A stretch of 57,573 nt of DNA, counting the filler, from Catajapyx aquilonaris (lineage: Eukaryota): NCBI GenBank assembly GCA_000934665.2. It is 4 parts of 4 records of this genome, joined end to end, with 100 filler letters (N's around TTAATTAATTAA, not from the genome) between each part and the next. Parts side by side here need not be neighbours in the genome. Positions count along the whole stretch, not along the records: positions 14,405 to 28,727 come from JYFJ02007818.1; positions 28,828 to 43,145 come from KZ539739.1; 2 more parts are not named here. One strand, written 5' to 3'. The translations under genes and the position numbers were made by a program. The notes below the pieces were generated by a model. It did not search any database. It had not been told where the DNA came from and worked only from the letters and a program-made list of their open reading frames with translations. Shown in pieces: positions 24,123 to 36,294 of this stretch (within the stretch, counting starts at the first letter, position 1; every line of letters begins with the position of its first letter).

Positions 24123-25097
24123 TTCCTTAGAAGACTGTGGACACCTGCCACAGACAGCGTGGGGATAACGTACGCTGCCAATTAATCATAAAACGGTGCA
24201 GTATTGATTCGACTCCAGGTTGTTGCCTCACACTAACCTTCGATTAAGTGTTGTAACTACAAATTACATAAAAACTGCAAATTCTTTGTGTCGTCAATAA
24301 TGGTCATCAATCTCTTCCTGTAGGCGTCATGCACCGAACTTGTAAACAAAGTATCACAAAGTTTATTATTATCACATTTTGTTGGTTTACAATTACTTGA
24401 ATAACCGCAAGGAATCACGTCGTACAATATATGCAAACACGTGTCAAGGTTATGTATGCATCATTCAACCACAGTCTGCCGGAATCACATGGACTATAAG
24501 TAAATAGTTATCAAAAAAAGCTGTGGTATCCTTATTTATTTAAAAAAATAAGTTATGTACAGCACATTACCCCACCATTATTATTATTATTAAATATAAA
24601 AAAGCAGTTTTTACTTATTTATGGTGAAAAATTCCCCCTATAATAATAATAGCCTTATATTTTCGCCTCTGGAACGCTCCGGAACGCTCCCTGGTGAGTG
24701 CTGCCACCTTCTGATCGCGGCGGAAAGATGGAAGGGCCCCTGGTGAGTGTTGCCACCTTCTCATCACGGCACTAAATGCCAAATTTTGGCTACGGGTGCG
24801 CTAGTTGATTAAATAATACCTGGCAACGCTCAGTACCAATAATATGAAATTTATTAATAATAGCTATCTGACAAAAATTATATTAATTGCAACATATTCA
24901 CATCAACTTTTTTGCGTTAATATTGATAATAGGTTTTTCTGTACACTTGGGCAACGACAAGGACATATCGATATTTCCAATCGATTACATGTAACTGTCA
25001 CGCGTTACTTTAATTATAATGTACTGAAGCAGGAAGCGACACAATACCATTGGACTGTGCAAACCGCTTGGAAACACTTTCCTACATACATACATAG

Positions 25098-26789
25098 CTA
25101 TTTTCTGCGAATTCTGTTACGTCGTTTTGGATTCACCTTCAAATAATATTCCATACAAAAAACTATACCTGCAGTAACATAGAGACACAACAGCACCTTA
25201 AAGTAGGAATACATCGCCTGAATTTTCACCGTTATTTTTGAACTCACATATTCTTCCGGATCCGGATATTTCAACTTCAACCTATTTTCTCCCCGCACCT
25301 TGGCCTGATCCACCGTGTTCCTGTATGCCATCGGCATAATCCCAGTTTGTTGCACACGCAATATCACACGATCTACCATTACTCTTGGTGGAAAGTATAA
25401 CGGCATGTAAACTATCATCATCAATGTGGAAAAGTCTGTCTCCACCAATCGCCAGTCCACACCCTCACCTGTCAGGTCACTGGAGGCAAAATAACGCAAC
25501 TGTGTCGTGTAGCTAAAGCACGCGAAGTGTCCCTGGGAGACTAGTTGGACACATTTGGACGGGCTGCCTATAAACTGCATTTTAGTAAGAGTCACATTGT
25601 GAATACCAGGTACTGGCAAACTCTTCAGAAAAACTGGGACACTGGAATCATTGCCCCAAGCACAACCCCAGGAGTACTCGCTGTTAACCAAAGCATGGAG
25701 TGAATCAGGGTACATGACAGGAGGTGATATTAGATTGGACGTCAATTTAGAACAATACATGACACTCACTATGTTAGCCAGAATGAACCAAAAGGATAAG
25801 AAACACCGGAGTAATGTTTGTTCAGGCAAATTTGCACCTTGGTTCAAAAATGGTGGAACAATCATGGTGCAGAACAGGTCAATCAAATGTCGTTTCTTGG
25901 CTACAAAATGCAACACGATGGACACTACCACTGATGTGCACATGACTAAAACCCAGGAGCCAGTGTCCAGCGGTTTCAATATGGCGCCCAGGCCATCTCC
26001 ACTCTCAACCCTCACAATAAACGCGATTTCTTCGAACCAATATGGTTGAGAAATGTCCACCAGTTTCAGCAAATAATATTCAGCTGTCTGCTCTCCAGCT
26101 AGAAAGACCGAAGGAGGCGTCTCATCGTCAGCATCATAATACACAGGCGTGTAGTTCATATACCGGGACAGAAAGTCAATGATCAACGGAGCGTACTGTC
26201 CGTAAGTAATAGGCGTCCCTTGAAGATCGGACGTCCACTCAGGAAAAGGCGGCATATCCTCAGGCAGTAACAAAGCCTGAGCCGAACCATTGTTGCAGTA
26301 GTGACACCAGGTGACCAGCTGTCCGTCCTGCTGGATACCAACCTTGTGACGCATCTTCTGGGTCTCATTGTGTGCCAGCATGTCCACCACTGGTTCATCC
26401 CTAGATATGAACACGTGGTAGTCGCCATGCAGGTACCGCCTCCTCAGATGCTCTATCTGGCGGATGACAACGGGCAACGACTCCAGATTGGACCGCACGA
26501 CCGTTAAATGACACTGCCGACCTCTACGCGGAACAAACGGAAACTCTTGCAGGGACATGTTCCCTTGAAGCATCTGCACGTTCACTGTCACGAATGGGGT
26601 GTATTGTTGGACTTCCAGCACTTTGTTGCTCTGCTTCAAAGGAATGTCAGTCAGGTAGATGACGGTGCAGTTCTGAACTTGAGGATTGCAATACAATGCG
26701 TGGTCATGAGTGTCATCTGTCTGCACTATCACTGTTGACCCGTACTGACCTACGACGCACAAGATCAACAACAATACCAGGAAGCCCAT
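25098..26789 (-). CDS. Divergent ionotropic receptor, intronless, 563 aa
   Basis: Signal peptide MGFLVLLLILCVVG; WCHYCNNG, SQPYWFEEIAFIVR, ILKPLDTGSW, SVMYCSKLTSNL, terminal TM. Confidence 0.85.
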   Translation of the reverse strand: MGFLVLLLILCVVGQYGSTVIVQTDDTHDHALYCNPQVQNCTVIYLTDIPLKQSNKVLEVQQYTPFVTVNVQMLQGNMSLQEFPFVPRRGRQCHLTVVRSNLESLPVVIRQIEHLRRRYLHGDYHVFISRDEPVVDMLAHNETQKMRHKVGIQQDGQLVTWCHYCNNGSAQALLLPEDMPPFPEWTSDLQGTPITYGQYAPLIIDFLSRYMNYTPVYYDADDETPPSVFLAGEQTAEYYLLKLVDISQPYWFEEIAFIVRVESGDGLGAILKPLDTGSWVLVMCTSVVVSIVLHFVAKKRHLIDLFCTMIVPPFLNQGANLPEQTLLRCFLSFWFILANIVSVMYCSKLTSNLISPPVMYPDSLHALVNSEYSWGCAWGNDSSVPVFLKSLPVPGIHNVTLTKMQFIGSPSKCVQLVSQGHFACFSYTTQLRYFASSDLTGEGVDWRLVETDFSTLMMIVYMPLYFPPRVMVDRVILRVQQTGIMPMAYRNTVDQAKVRGENRLKLKYPDPEEYVSSKITVKIQAMYSYFKVLLCLYVTAGIVFCMEYYLKVNPKRRNRIRRK

Positions 26790-27376
26790 GGCCGATGGTC
26801 CCTGCCTTCAGCGGAACAAACAAGGAAATGGACGCAGTGTTGCGTCTTGCGTGACGTGAACAGTTGAACGCTAAGACAGTCGTTCACCCCAAATAATACG
26901 TTTGATGGAATCACTGTTTGTCATGTCTTCCATGTCAGGTATCTATTAATATGAGGTCATGAATTATTTAAGAACTATCAGAGACACGTTTTGGTCAAAA
27001 TTAAGTTATAGTCAAAAGCTACTTCCTGGTGGTCAAACCAGTTTAATGTACAGTCGCATACATTTTGTACTGGATATAATCACAAACAGATATGTTCTTT
27101 TGAATATACTGTACTTGTGTACTATATGGTTTCTCGGTGGGTAACGTTGCGTGATAATGGTCTGGCCACCTGATGCATCATGTCGATGAAGGCGTTACGT
27201 TCAAGTACAACTGACGTCACATACCACCAGGGAAGACAGGAACAATTTCCTGAATTTATAGGCCTAACTCCCAATTTCGGACTCGCATTTCGAAGAATTT
27301 GTGACTTCCCCAAGGTCAAAAACAAATTTCAGCGAATGAATGGGACTTATTATGTGTTACGAGTGACCTAAAGAGG

Positions 27377-27380
<4 letters not shown>

Positions 27381-27449
<69 letters not shown>

Positions 27450-27727
27450 TCTTACCCCGTTATCAGCCTTTTTCAGTTCTTTAGGGGGGATTTTCGTTTT
27501 GTCTGGAACTCTTGCGTACATTTTTACTTTGCTTTTTGGGATAGGATAGGGAAGGAAGGAGGCGGCTGTGGCCTATTAATTTAGGAAACAACTCCGGAAT
27601 TCTCCTGGCGGGACCGTGGGAAACCACAGAAAACCACGGTTAGAGTTGCCGGCCCCGGGGCTCGAACCCAGGACCTCCCGATTAGCTGTCGGACCCTGTA
27701 GCCACTCCACCAAACTGCTTCGGTGGG
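27381..27727 (-). mobile_element. Full-length tRNA-derived SINE with (ATT)n tail
   Basis: A-box TGGTGGAGTGG and B-box GGTTCGAGCCC on the minus strand; TAA trinucleotide run ~27378-27448; TSD cctaaagaRgatta at 27367-27380 and 27728-27741. Confidence 0.88.
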
Positions 27728-28727
27728 CCTAAAGAAGATTAAAATATAGATAAATTTCCATGGGCAAAAAAGTCAAGGTATCCAGAAATTTGTCCGGTGG
27801 CCCGCTGAGCTGGCCCACTTTCACTGGCCATAACTTCATGTATTATTGCAATATTTAAAAGATTTTGGAAACCCCCCTTGGGAATGTTGTGAGATATTGC
27901 GTAACAAACTTTGTTCGGATAAAATCGGTGCATTATGTCACGAGATATTTTTGTCACCTCGGTGTACTTCGGTGCTTATGGACGAAAACAATGGGCCCGA
28001 CAACAAAACGTTTATAAGTCGATATATATTAAATGAAAAATATTTCCAAAAGAAACCCCCCTAGGTAATGTTGCGACTCGTTTGGATAAAATTATTGCGT
28101 AATTTCGCGAAATATATTTGTCACCTCGCCTCGCCTTGACGCCTGACTTTCTGCATACGATTTTTGTTGTTATCAGATGGGAGTATGTGACAAGTTGTGA
28201 CTGATCCATTATTACTTGAATTTGATTTCCGTTATTGGCCACAGTCATGCTGGTCCATCAAGGAGGTGCCGCAAATGTACTCCTGATATTAACAATAATA
28301 ATTAATAGACATGCTGGGCACTTCGGTCCTGTATGAAGGGCGTTTTGGGCTTTCAGATATTCAATGTTGCGTGACAATGTACTGACCACCAGATGCGTGT
28401 AAACACATTCAGTTCAAGTACAACTGACAGGTCACGCCACCAGGGGAGACACGCACTATTTCCTTTGCTTTCAGTATAGGCCGAGCATAAAACCGATATG
28501 AACCCACCAAGGATGTTTACAAAAAAGTGAAGCAGAACATCATTTTAGAGTCCGTTTTAAGTGTTCACAATGCACATTCTTCATGGTAGATGGGCGTATG
28601 TGACAAGTTGTCCAGTGATACTCTACTGACCCAATATTTACCTTTCATATGGATAGCGCTGCCATGCCCATCCGCAAAACGTGATCCGCCTAATATCAGG
28701 AATAATTGATAGACACACTATTGCGCA

Positions 28728-28827
28728 NNNNNNNNNNNNNNNNNNNNNNNNNNNNNNNNNNNNNNNNNNNNTTAATTAATTAANNNNNNNNNNNNNNNNN
28801 NNNNNNNNNNNNNNNNNNNNNNNNNNN
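28728..28827. other. Artificial contig spacer
   Basis: N44-TTAATTAATTAA-N44. Confidence 0.97.
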
Positions 28828-28920
28828 AGCCATAATTATTGCAAAGGTTACTACTAAATCAATGAGTCACTCCTATGGAAAAGTCTTTCATAACCCGAGC
28901 AACGCCGGGTATCCTGCTAG
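28828..28920 (+). mobile_element. Helitron 3' end
   Basis: Subterminal hairpin acccgagcaacgccgggt followed by CTAG|T; same family as the minus-strand end at 44707-44801. Confidence 0.8.
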
Positions 28921-29029
28921 TTAACAATAAGAGGAACCCTGCTGGACGGACATGTGGAAATGTCCGGTTTGTCACAAAATACATGGAGACTATAATCAGA
29001 GACTACAACTTGAACCAAACTTCAAAATT

Positions 29030-29380
29030 ATAAAAATGAACAACTCAATTCTCACTTTGTCTGGTGCGCGCAACTTTCCATATAAATAAATAAAAAAATC
29101 CTGACACGGATGCAACTTTCCATAAAAACCTAAAAAATACTGACACAGACTGTACTGTACCAAACAGAAAAAACCAAACTTAATAATTGTCATTTGCACA
29201 ATGTCCGTATAAATAAAATAAAAATACTGACATGAACGCAACTTCCATAGTATAAATCATAAAAATAATGACAAGGATGGTACCAAACGAAAAATAATAA
29301 TAATTCAACTCTCACTGTCTTGTCAGTTGCAACTTCCGTATGAATCAAAAAAAATATTGCAAAGGATTGTACCAAACAAA
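29030..29380. repeat. Degenerate AT-rich tandem repeat
   Basis: Recurring gcaacttt/ccata, aaaaatactgaca, taccaaac and caa(t/c)tctcact motifs. Confidence 0.6.
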
Positions 29381-29415
29381 TGCAAAGAGTGTGGTTTTGC
29401 AAGCGCAAGGGCGGC

Positions 29416-29965
29416 TCATTGTCCCTTCCGCTGTTCAACCTGACCCCGCAGCAGGATATAAATCTTTTCCTTGATCCATTGCTTGTTGAACGGAGCGTAA
29501 GTCTTGGTGGAGCTCCGGTACCTACAAAAAAAAAAGATTTGTCAATTAAATCCTACTACTCCAAATCTTGCTCTCAAAATGTACTTACACGAGGCAAGCC
29601 AGATCACCCATGCCGTCTATGAAGTTAAACAGCTGGGCAATGTCGTACGTGATCTTCACCTGATTCGGATACAGCTGCCTCAGATGCTCCTCATAAATCT
29701 TACAAACACCTGCAAATAATGCAAGCGCTTAAATGTATTGCTCTAATTACCAGCAAATGTATACTATACGTACCTTCGATGCAATCATTCACACTCTCAT
29801 AATCGCAGAAAGTCCTGCTGCTCGCCGTGTTGGCCTGGACAAGCAGGATGGTATGACTCTGCAATGCGATGAGCATTTTTATGTAAATTTTGGCTGTATG
29901 TATAGCTTCATGCAATTGCGCTGCTTATGGTGAAAGAACAATTATTACTGATAAGTACTCACCAT
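29416..29965 (-). CDS. ERH: Enhancer of rudimentary homolog, divergent, 4 exons, 104 aa
   Basis: Exons 29965-29963 (ATG only), 29858-29774, 29709-29589, 29521-29416, all GT-AG, 315 nt: [104 protein letters not shown]. Confidence 0.95.
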
Positions 29966-30029
29966 CTTCAATGTATGTTTGCGAGTGGTGCTCACACTGC
30001 CAGATATGATTCGACGATCCTGCAAGTTT

Positions 30030-30248
30030 AGAACATATTAGAACATAATAGAACCAGAATAGAACGGAATGGAACAGAATAGAACCAAAATAGAACAGAA
30101 TAGAACCAAAATAGAACGGAATAATGGAACCGAATCGAACAGAATAGAACAAAATTGAACGTAATCGAACAGAATAGAACGTAGTCGAACAGAATAGACC
30201 CAAAGTAGAACAGAGAAGAACCAAAATAGAACCAAATAGAAGAGAACC
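30030..30248. repeat. Degenerate (AGAAC/AGAAT)n pentamer satellite
   Basis: agaacagaatagaaccaaaat-type 5/10-nt periodicity; this explains the spurious ORFs at 29925-30281. Confidence 0.9.
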
Positions 30249-30535
30249 TTTCTCAAGGACTCCTGAGATTCGAATGACCATAGATTATAAGCTTATCACT
30301 ATAACGCTCTAAACGGCAAGTGCTGCCATCTAAATTCGCATAGTGAGAATTTAAAATGAAGGCGCGATTATTTGAATTTCGTCTGGTACAAATAAAAAAT
30401 GGACAATGCTGCCCACAATATAATGGACAATACACAGTAAAATGGATGCTTATATTTATTGCAACACATGAAACACAAAATGAGCTTTGCGCAGGGGCGA
30501 TATCGTAATGAGCGAACATCAGGAACAATGAACTA

Positions 30536-30659
30536 CAGGGTGTCCCACAAAGTCTGTTTATTACATTGTTGTCGTATATAATGCTACGTATACAACGATG
30601 TGGTATACAATGTGTGCAATAATGCAATAGGGATGGGTCCAGACCTGTGGGACACCCTG
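30536..30659. mobile_element. Small Tc1/mariner-type MITE
   Basis: TA|CAGGGTGTCCCACAAAGTCTG...CAGACCTGTGGGACACCCTG|TA. Confidence 0.8.
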
Positions 30660-30681
30660 TAGCATTGTTTAAAACGACTGG

Positions 30682-31501
<820 letters not shown>

Positions 31502-34281
31502 CTATAATTATTAAGAACATGTCTTCAGTATTTTTGCAATCGTGTAAGTAGCCTGCATTGCGACACGTACGATCATGTAGAAAAACTTGGCACAGACCGC
31601 CAACTACTTGTTTCCCATCGGACGTCCACACCTGTACATAGCAGTAATGAGTTTGTTAAGTGAGTGCAAATCAGATGCAGTTTTATTGTAAATTACAGGT
31701 TTCCACGCAAAAGCTGTTAACCGGTACGTGACCGGAACGAACCGGAAGTGCGTCATAATGACATAATTATATGATTACGATTACGGTATTTATACGGGCT
31801 ATTTTAATGTGTCGGGTAAAATCTTACAGAATGGTATCAAAAAGGTGAAAATAGGCGCTAATAAGTTCCAATGCCCAAAATAGGCAATTTGGACCGTGTT
31901 ATGCAATAATGGGTCAACCCACAAAAATTGTCAAAATTGAGTTATGCCCAGGAACATACACCTATAAAGGATCGTACTTCATTCAGTTAAAATCACGCTT
32001 GTGAAATCTGCATACTTGTGCCCAAAAAAGGCATTGAATTAATTTCACATGTATGACCTTCAAAGTCGCTTTCCTCAAAACTGTTCTCATGTGGGTTGAC
32101 TCATTATATTGATAATGTGCAAACTGAAAAGCACCGAGTTCAATTCTAGTAGAACCTCATGACTACCATTATCGAGGGTTACACACTTACAATAATGGGC
32201 CAGCTCGTCGTCTGAACTCGTCAGTTGCCAGTTTCATGACTCGAAAAATTAGGCATGTTATACCATTATTGCAACGATGCAATAAAAAAATTCCACACAT
32301 TCCAAGTCAGCCAATTTAAAGATTAAAAATTCGCCAGTTAGCTCAAACCCTGATTTTCACCAAGGTAACTGAAGTTGCAATAATTTCGCTTCACTGGATA
32401 AACTGGCATGAAAGTTGATCATGGAAGAGGTCAGAGCTAGGGTTGTGTGCGTCAAGGTACTCACCAGAGTATGTAATGGTGGTCGTCAAGTGCTTCATGT
32501 TGACAAACGCAGCTATAGAGTTTGACCATTTTGACTGTCGGCGTGGATGAAGACGTCTGCAGTATTCGATCCCGAAAGCCTCCCATTGGTGTCTCACCTG
32601 ATAATAATACTCATCAGTATAATAGATGCTGCAGTCCTCGAGTACAGTGCAATGCATGCTGGTTATCAGAATGAAGACATTATAATTATCTACATATTGA
32701 ACGAAGGTTAGCTGGATCGCGTCACACAAAAATTCATTACGCTGCATATACATCACTCTCTGGACGTATTTTAACCCTGTCGTATAACCTGCTGGTCCAA
32801 TAGTCCTACTGGAAAAATTTTAATCTTAAATATTGGTCTCAAATACCCCACTGCAACTCCGTTTTTTTTTTTCAAAGAGACAAGGTGTCAGTGGTGCAGG
32901 GCAATGTTGCAAACGACGCTATAAACAGTTAGGCTAGAAGTTAAAATTGGCAGACTCTCGACTCCTTGAATTTTGGTCTGTATATAGAATCAAAGGGAAC
33001 TGGATTTATTATGCACGCAGTAACTCATACGTACAGTACCTCAGACAACCCAGTTCACAACTGTATCAAGATGTAATAAATCTTGTTGAACCATTCACAC
33101 TGCTTAATTGTAAAATATTAGTCCTTATAAACATACTATACATTTTCTGTGTTTCATCAAATGCCTAATTTTTGGGCCCCTCTCAGCCATCCCCGTCCTG
33201 AGGGTTCATGCAGTATATGCAGACTACTGCATTCTAAAAAGTTTCCTGGATAAACCTCCAGTTGCACCAGTGTTGATTGCATAAGAGCATAAATTGTTAC
33301 GGGTGGAGACGTCAAGTCCTGATGGGTTGGAGAAAGGGTTACATGGTAAATAACCCACTAATAAATAGGGTGTTCAAATCATACAACGTGAACGTCTGTA
33401 GCGAGCACAATACGCAGCAGACACATCCGGCGATGAAAACTTAAGATTCGTCCCATAAATGCTGATTCAATCTTCCAAACCGTCATAATTATCTCTATGT
33501 CAGTCATATATACGACTCTAATCGTTGTGCATCTCCAGATGTATTATTTAAAAATGTAACCAACACCATTGAAATATTATTGATCAAACGAGGGCCAAAT
33601 CAAATTTCAAACTATCTCTTTGAATGTGGAATATGCCGACAAAAAAAAAATCTTATGCAAAAGCCTATACTTCAAGCTGACTAAGCTACTAAGCTGATCA
33701 TATGGACAAGTGTAGAGTATTGATGACCCAATAACCTTGACACTGCGAATTTTCTCGACATTGAGAAATATGGGCAACGTACGCAGTAACTTGCCTGCTA
33801 CAGGATGTGGAAAAGAAACAGGTGGCACCGCACAGCAGGTGCACCAGTCTATTCTCCAATATCCTTGAAGAGAGTATAGTACTGTATTAATAATTCATAT
33901 GCCATTATCTCTCCAGCATTTTGTCTGGATACATAATTCGAAGGATAGGCAGCAACGAACAGGAGCACGTGTCTTTGTTCCATTTGATGTGACATCTAAT
34001 GAGGTGGGAACGAACAGAAATCGAGGCGATGAGAGGGGACATTACCCACCATCTAATAAATTAATAATTAATATACAGCATGTGAACGAGTCCCGCCTGG
34101 ATCTATGTATATAGTTGGAGTCACTCAATAAATTGTCTGGATAATAACCATCTCTTGTCCTCCTGAATCTGCCGAGAGACGCTTGACCCAAAATGTCATG
34201 TACATGGTCCACCCTTCATATTGGTGATGTGATGGCCGTGTCCCAGCCTGAATCTTTTTAAAAATGTGAAATGTCCTTCCA

Positions 34282-34355
34282 TCACTCAAAAACGTGGAGA
34301 CGATATTGCATTGAATCCCAATGCAATATCGTCTCCATATTATATTTTTGAGCGA
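34282..34355. repeat. Short hairpin/mini-MITE
   Basis: Perfect 19-bp stem tggagacgatattgcattg (34295) / caatgcaatatcgtctcca (ends 34337), 5-nt loop, weaker outer arms. Confidence 0.7.
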
Positions 34356-34765
34356 TATAAGAGTACCGTCAAGGGGGGTTACTTAAGCCACTTTTCAATT
34401 TCAGACATCTGCCAATTCAAGACCATTGACTTTAGAGATTAACTAATTGTTGTAAAACATGGGTCTACAGTTACGGTCGACGTATACATGGATGAAAGTT
34501 TCCTACAACATGTATGATAAAAGCAAAAAAAAAAAAAAGAAGGGGTGGCTTAAGTTACCCCCTGACAGGGGGTAACTTAAGTATTAATTATATGATCGCT
34601 TATGTTAGACGATGACACGGTAACAAAGTCCGTTCACAGGGCGAAAATAAACATTTGCATATTGCTCCAGAAATATTATTCAAAATTTCAGTTCAATATA
34701 AGGGAAAGTATGGCGGCCTCTCTTTATGCTCACCGGCTGTACAGAACAAACAATATTTCTGATAT

Positions 34766-35417
34766 TTATTTTATTTATTTTATTTTCAATACCCCAGTGG
34801 GCTGTACAGAAGCCTTAAGGGGGAGACGAAACCAACAGGCATGGTAAAGATTAAACAAAAAACAAAAAAGGGATGTTTAAGTACAACGAAAAGTGTATGC
34901 GCTTACCCACATTGATTAGAAAATTCTGCAAGTTATAATAGTTTAGTCCAGAGAGGTCGTTTGTCATCAACAAGAGATTACAGTTAGGGGCTGGTGGGAA
35001 AGTGTACAAAAATTTCGTACGTGGCGTTAGAAAGAAAGGGCACTCATAGAGAATATGGTATAATACAAAAGGAGTGTGAAGGTTGCAATACGTACAGTCC
35101 TGGTCCTGTGTTAATGTTATGTAATTTACTCCCGCTCTGAGATAAATAGAAGCATTTTTTATATTAATAATTAACCTGATTATAGATAGAGGCAACTGTG
35201 CAGTTAAATAGCTTGTATTGTTTTCTTCGGAGCAGTACATGGCCTTGTAGTCCATGTACCTGACTGTGTGGTGGAGTTTGACCATGTCTGCGGAGAGAAG
35301 TTTTGCGGTTAGCGCGCTGTAACAGCTGAGTGGATCAGAATCGTCCAAAGATTCAGGTGTCAAATCCATCAAACTAAATTGTCTGATCACGTGATTCATC
35401 CATGAAGCTCTTTTACT
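34766..35417 (-). mobile_element. 5'-truncated LINE (3' end of ORF2)
   Basis: ORF 34851-35399 carries C-terminal CTYC..HILYEC zinc knuckle; (TAAAA)-like tail; exact 14-bp TSD aatatttctgatat at 34752-34765 and 35418-35431. Confidence 0.88.
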
Positions 35418-35478
35418 AATATTTCTGATATGTGAACATAGATTTCATCATCAACAATGCTCCCAACTAGGCAACTAC

Positions 35479-35721
35479 TAGGGCTGTGCGATATCCGAAA
35501 AAATATCGAATCGAAGTCGATATATCGAAAATCGAAAACCCGACATCGAAAACCGACATCGCAAAATATCGCAAACCGACATCGAACCGACATCGAAAAA
35601 TATCGCAAATCGACATCGCGATATTCGATACATCGCACACGCCAAGCGTCGGATATCGCAACTTCGATATTAGGAAAATATCGTATCGACAGTCGATGTA
35701 TCGAAATATCGCACAGCCCTA
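35479..35721. mobile_element. hAT-like MITE with internal ATCG(A) repeats
   Basis: TAGGGCTGTGCGATAT...ATATCGCACAGCCCTA termini; no clear 8-bp TSD. Confidence 0.75.
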
Positions 35722-36294
35722 CTCCTGACCCCCAGAAGCTAATCCCCCCACTTCCTGCCAGGCTTGGAACTACGTGGCCAGGTGGCCTATGTTACCCCCT
35801 ACATGACGCAACAATTAATTTTTAAGTATATATTGACACCAAAATGGAAATTTAAGCTATGCAGTATACCTACCTCAAAAGGACTGTTTCAGGTTATGTT
35901 TCATCATCTTTAGAGCGAATTAAATTCAAACAGAAGATGTTGGCGATGAAAGTTACGTAGGGTATAAATTTATGATGCAATTATCCTAAACATAATTAAG
36001 ATTTTACAAAGTTACCTATGACACAAACACAATATTCAAATATGCAGTCCAAAACTGCACTTAAATATGGAACTTGTGTCATAAAAAATAACATTTCAAC
36101 TCAAAACAGTGTTGCCAAAATCAGTGTCCGAAATTTACGCAGCAAAATGGCTTAAGTTACCCACCCGGCCTAAGTAACCCCGTTTTACGGTACATCATGT
36201 TTGAACTCTCACGTTTTCATCCGAACCAGTTTGATTGCGACGGAAGTGTCACACGGGCTGTGTAGGCGAAGTACTCGTACTGTTCACTACAAGA

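Larger units (their letters stand above)
34366..36190. mobile_element. TA-flanked non-autonomous DNA transposon hosting nested insertions
   Basis: TA|CCGTCAAGGGGGGTTACTTAAGCC...GGCCTAAGTAACCCCGTTTTACGG|TA, with internal copies of ggcttaagttaccc. Confidence 0.7.

Noticed and set aside
23502..26049. Long ORFs antisense to the IR genes (and similar ones opposite PPO and F-box exons)
   Set aside because: Shadow frames of real coding sequence with no independent motifs.
14405..26789. PPO plus IR genes as one functional immune-sensory cluster
   Set aside because: They are true neighbours on one contig, but nothing in the sequence indicates shared regulation; tandem families commonly co-locate.
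29925..30281. Hydrophobic 118-aa and 72-aa ORFs
   Set aside because: Translations of the pentamer satellite.
35396..35825. Four overlapping Arg/Ile/Ser-rich ORFs
   Set aside because: Products of the ATCG-rich MITE interior.
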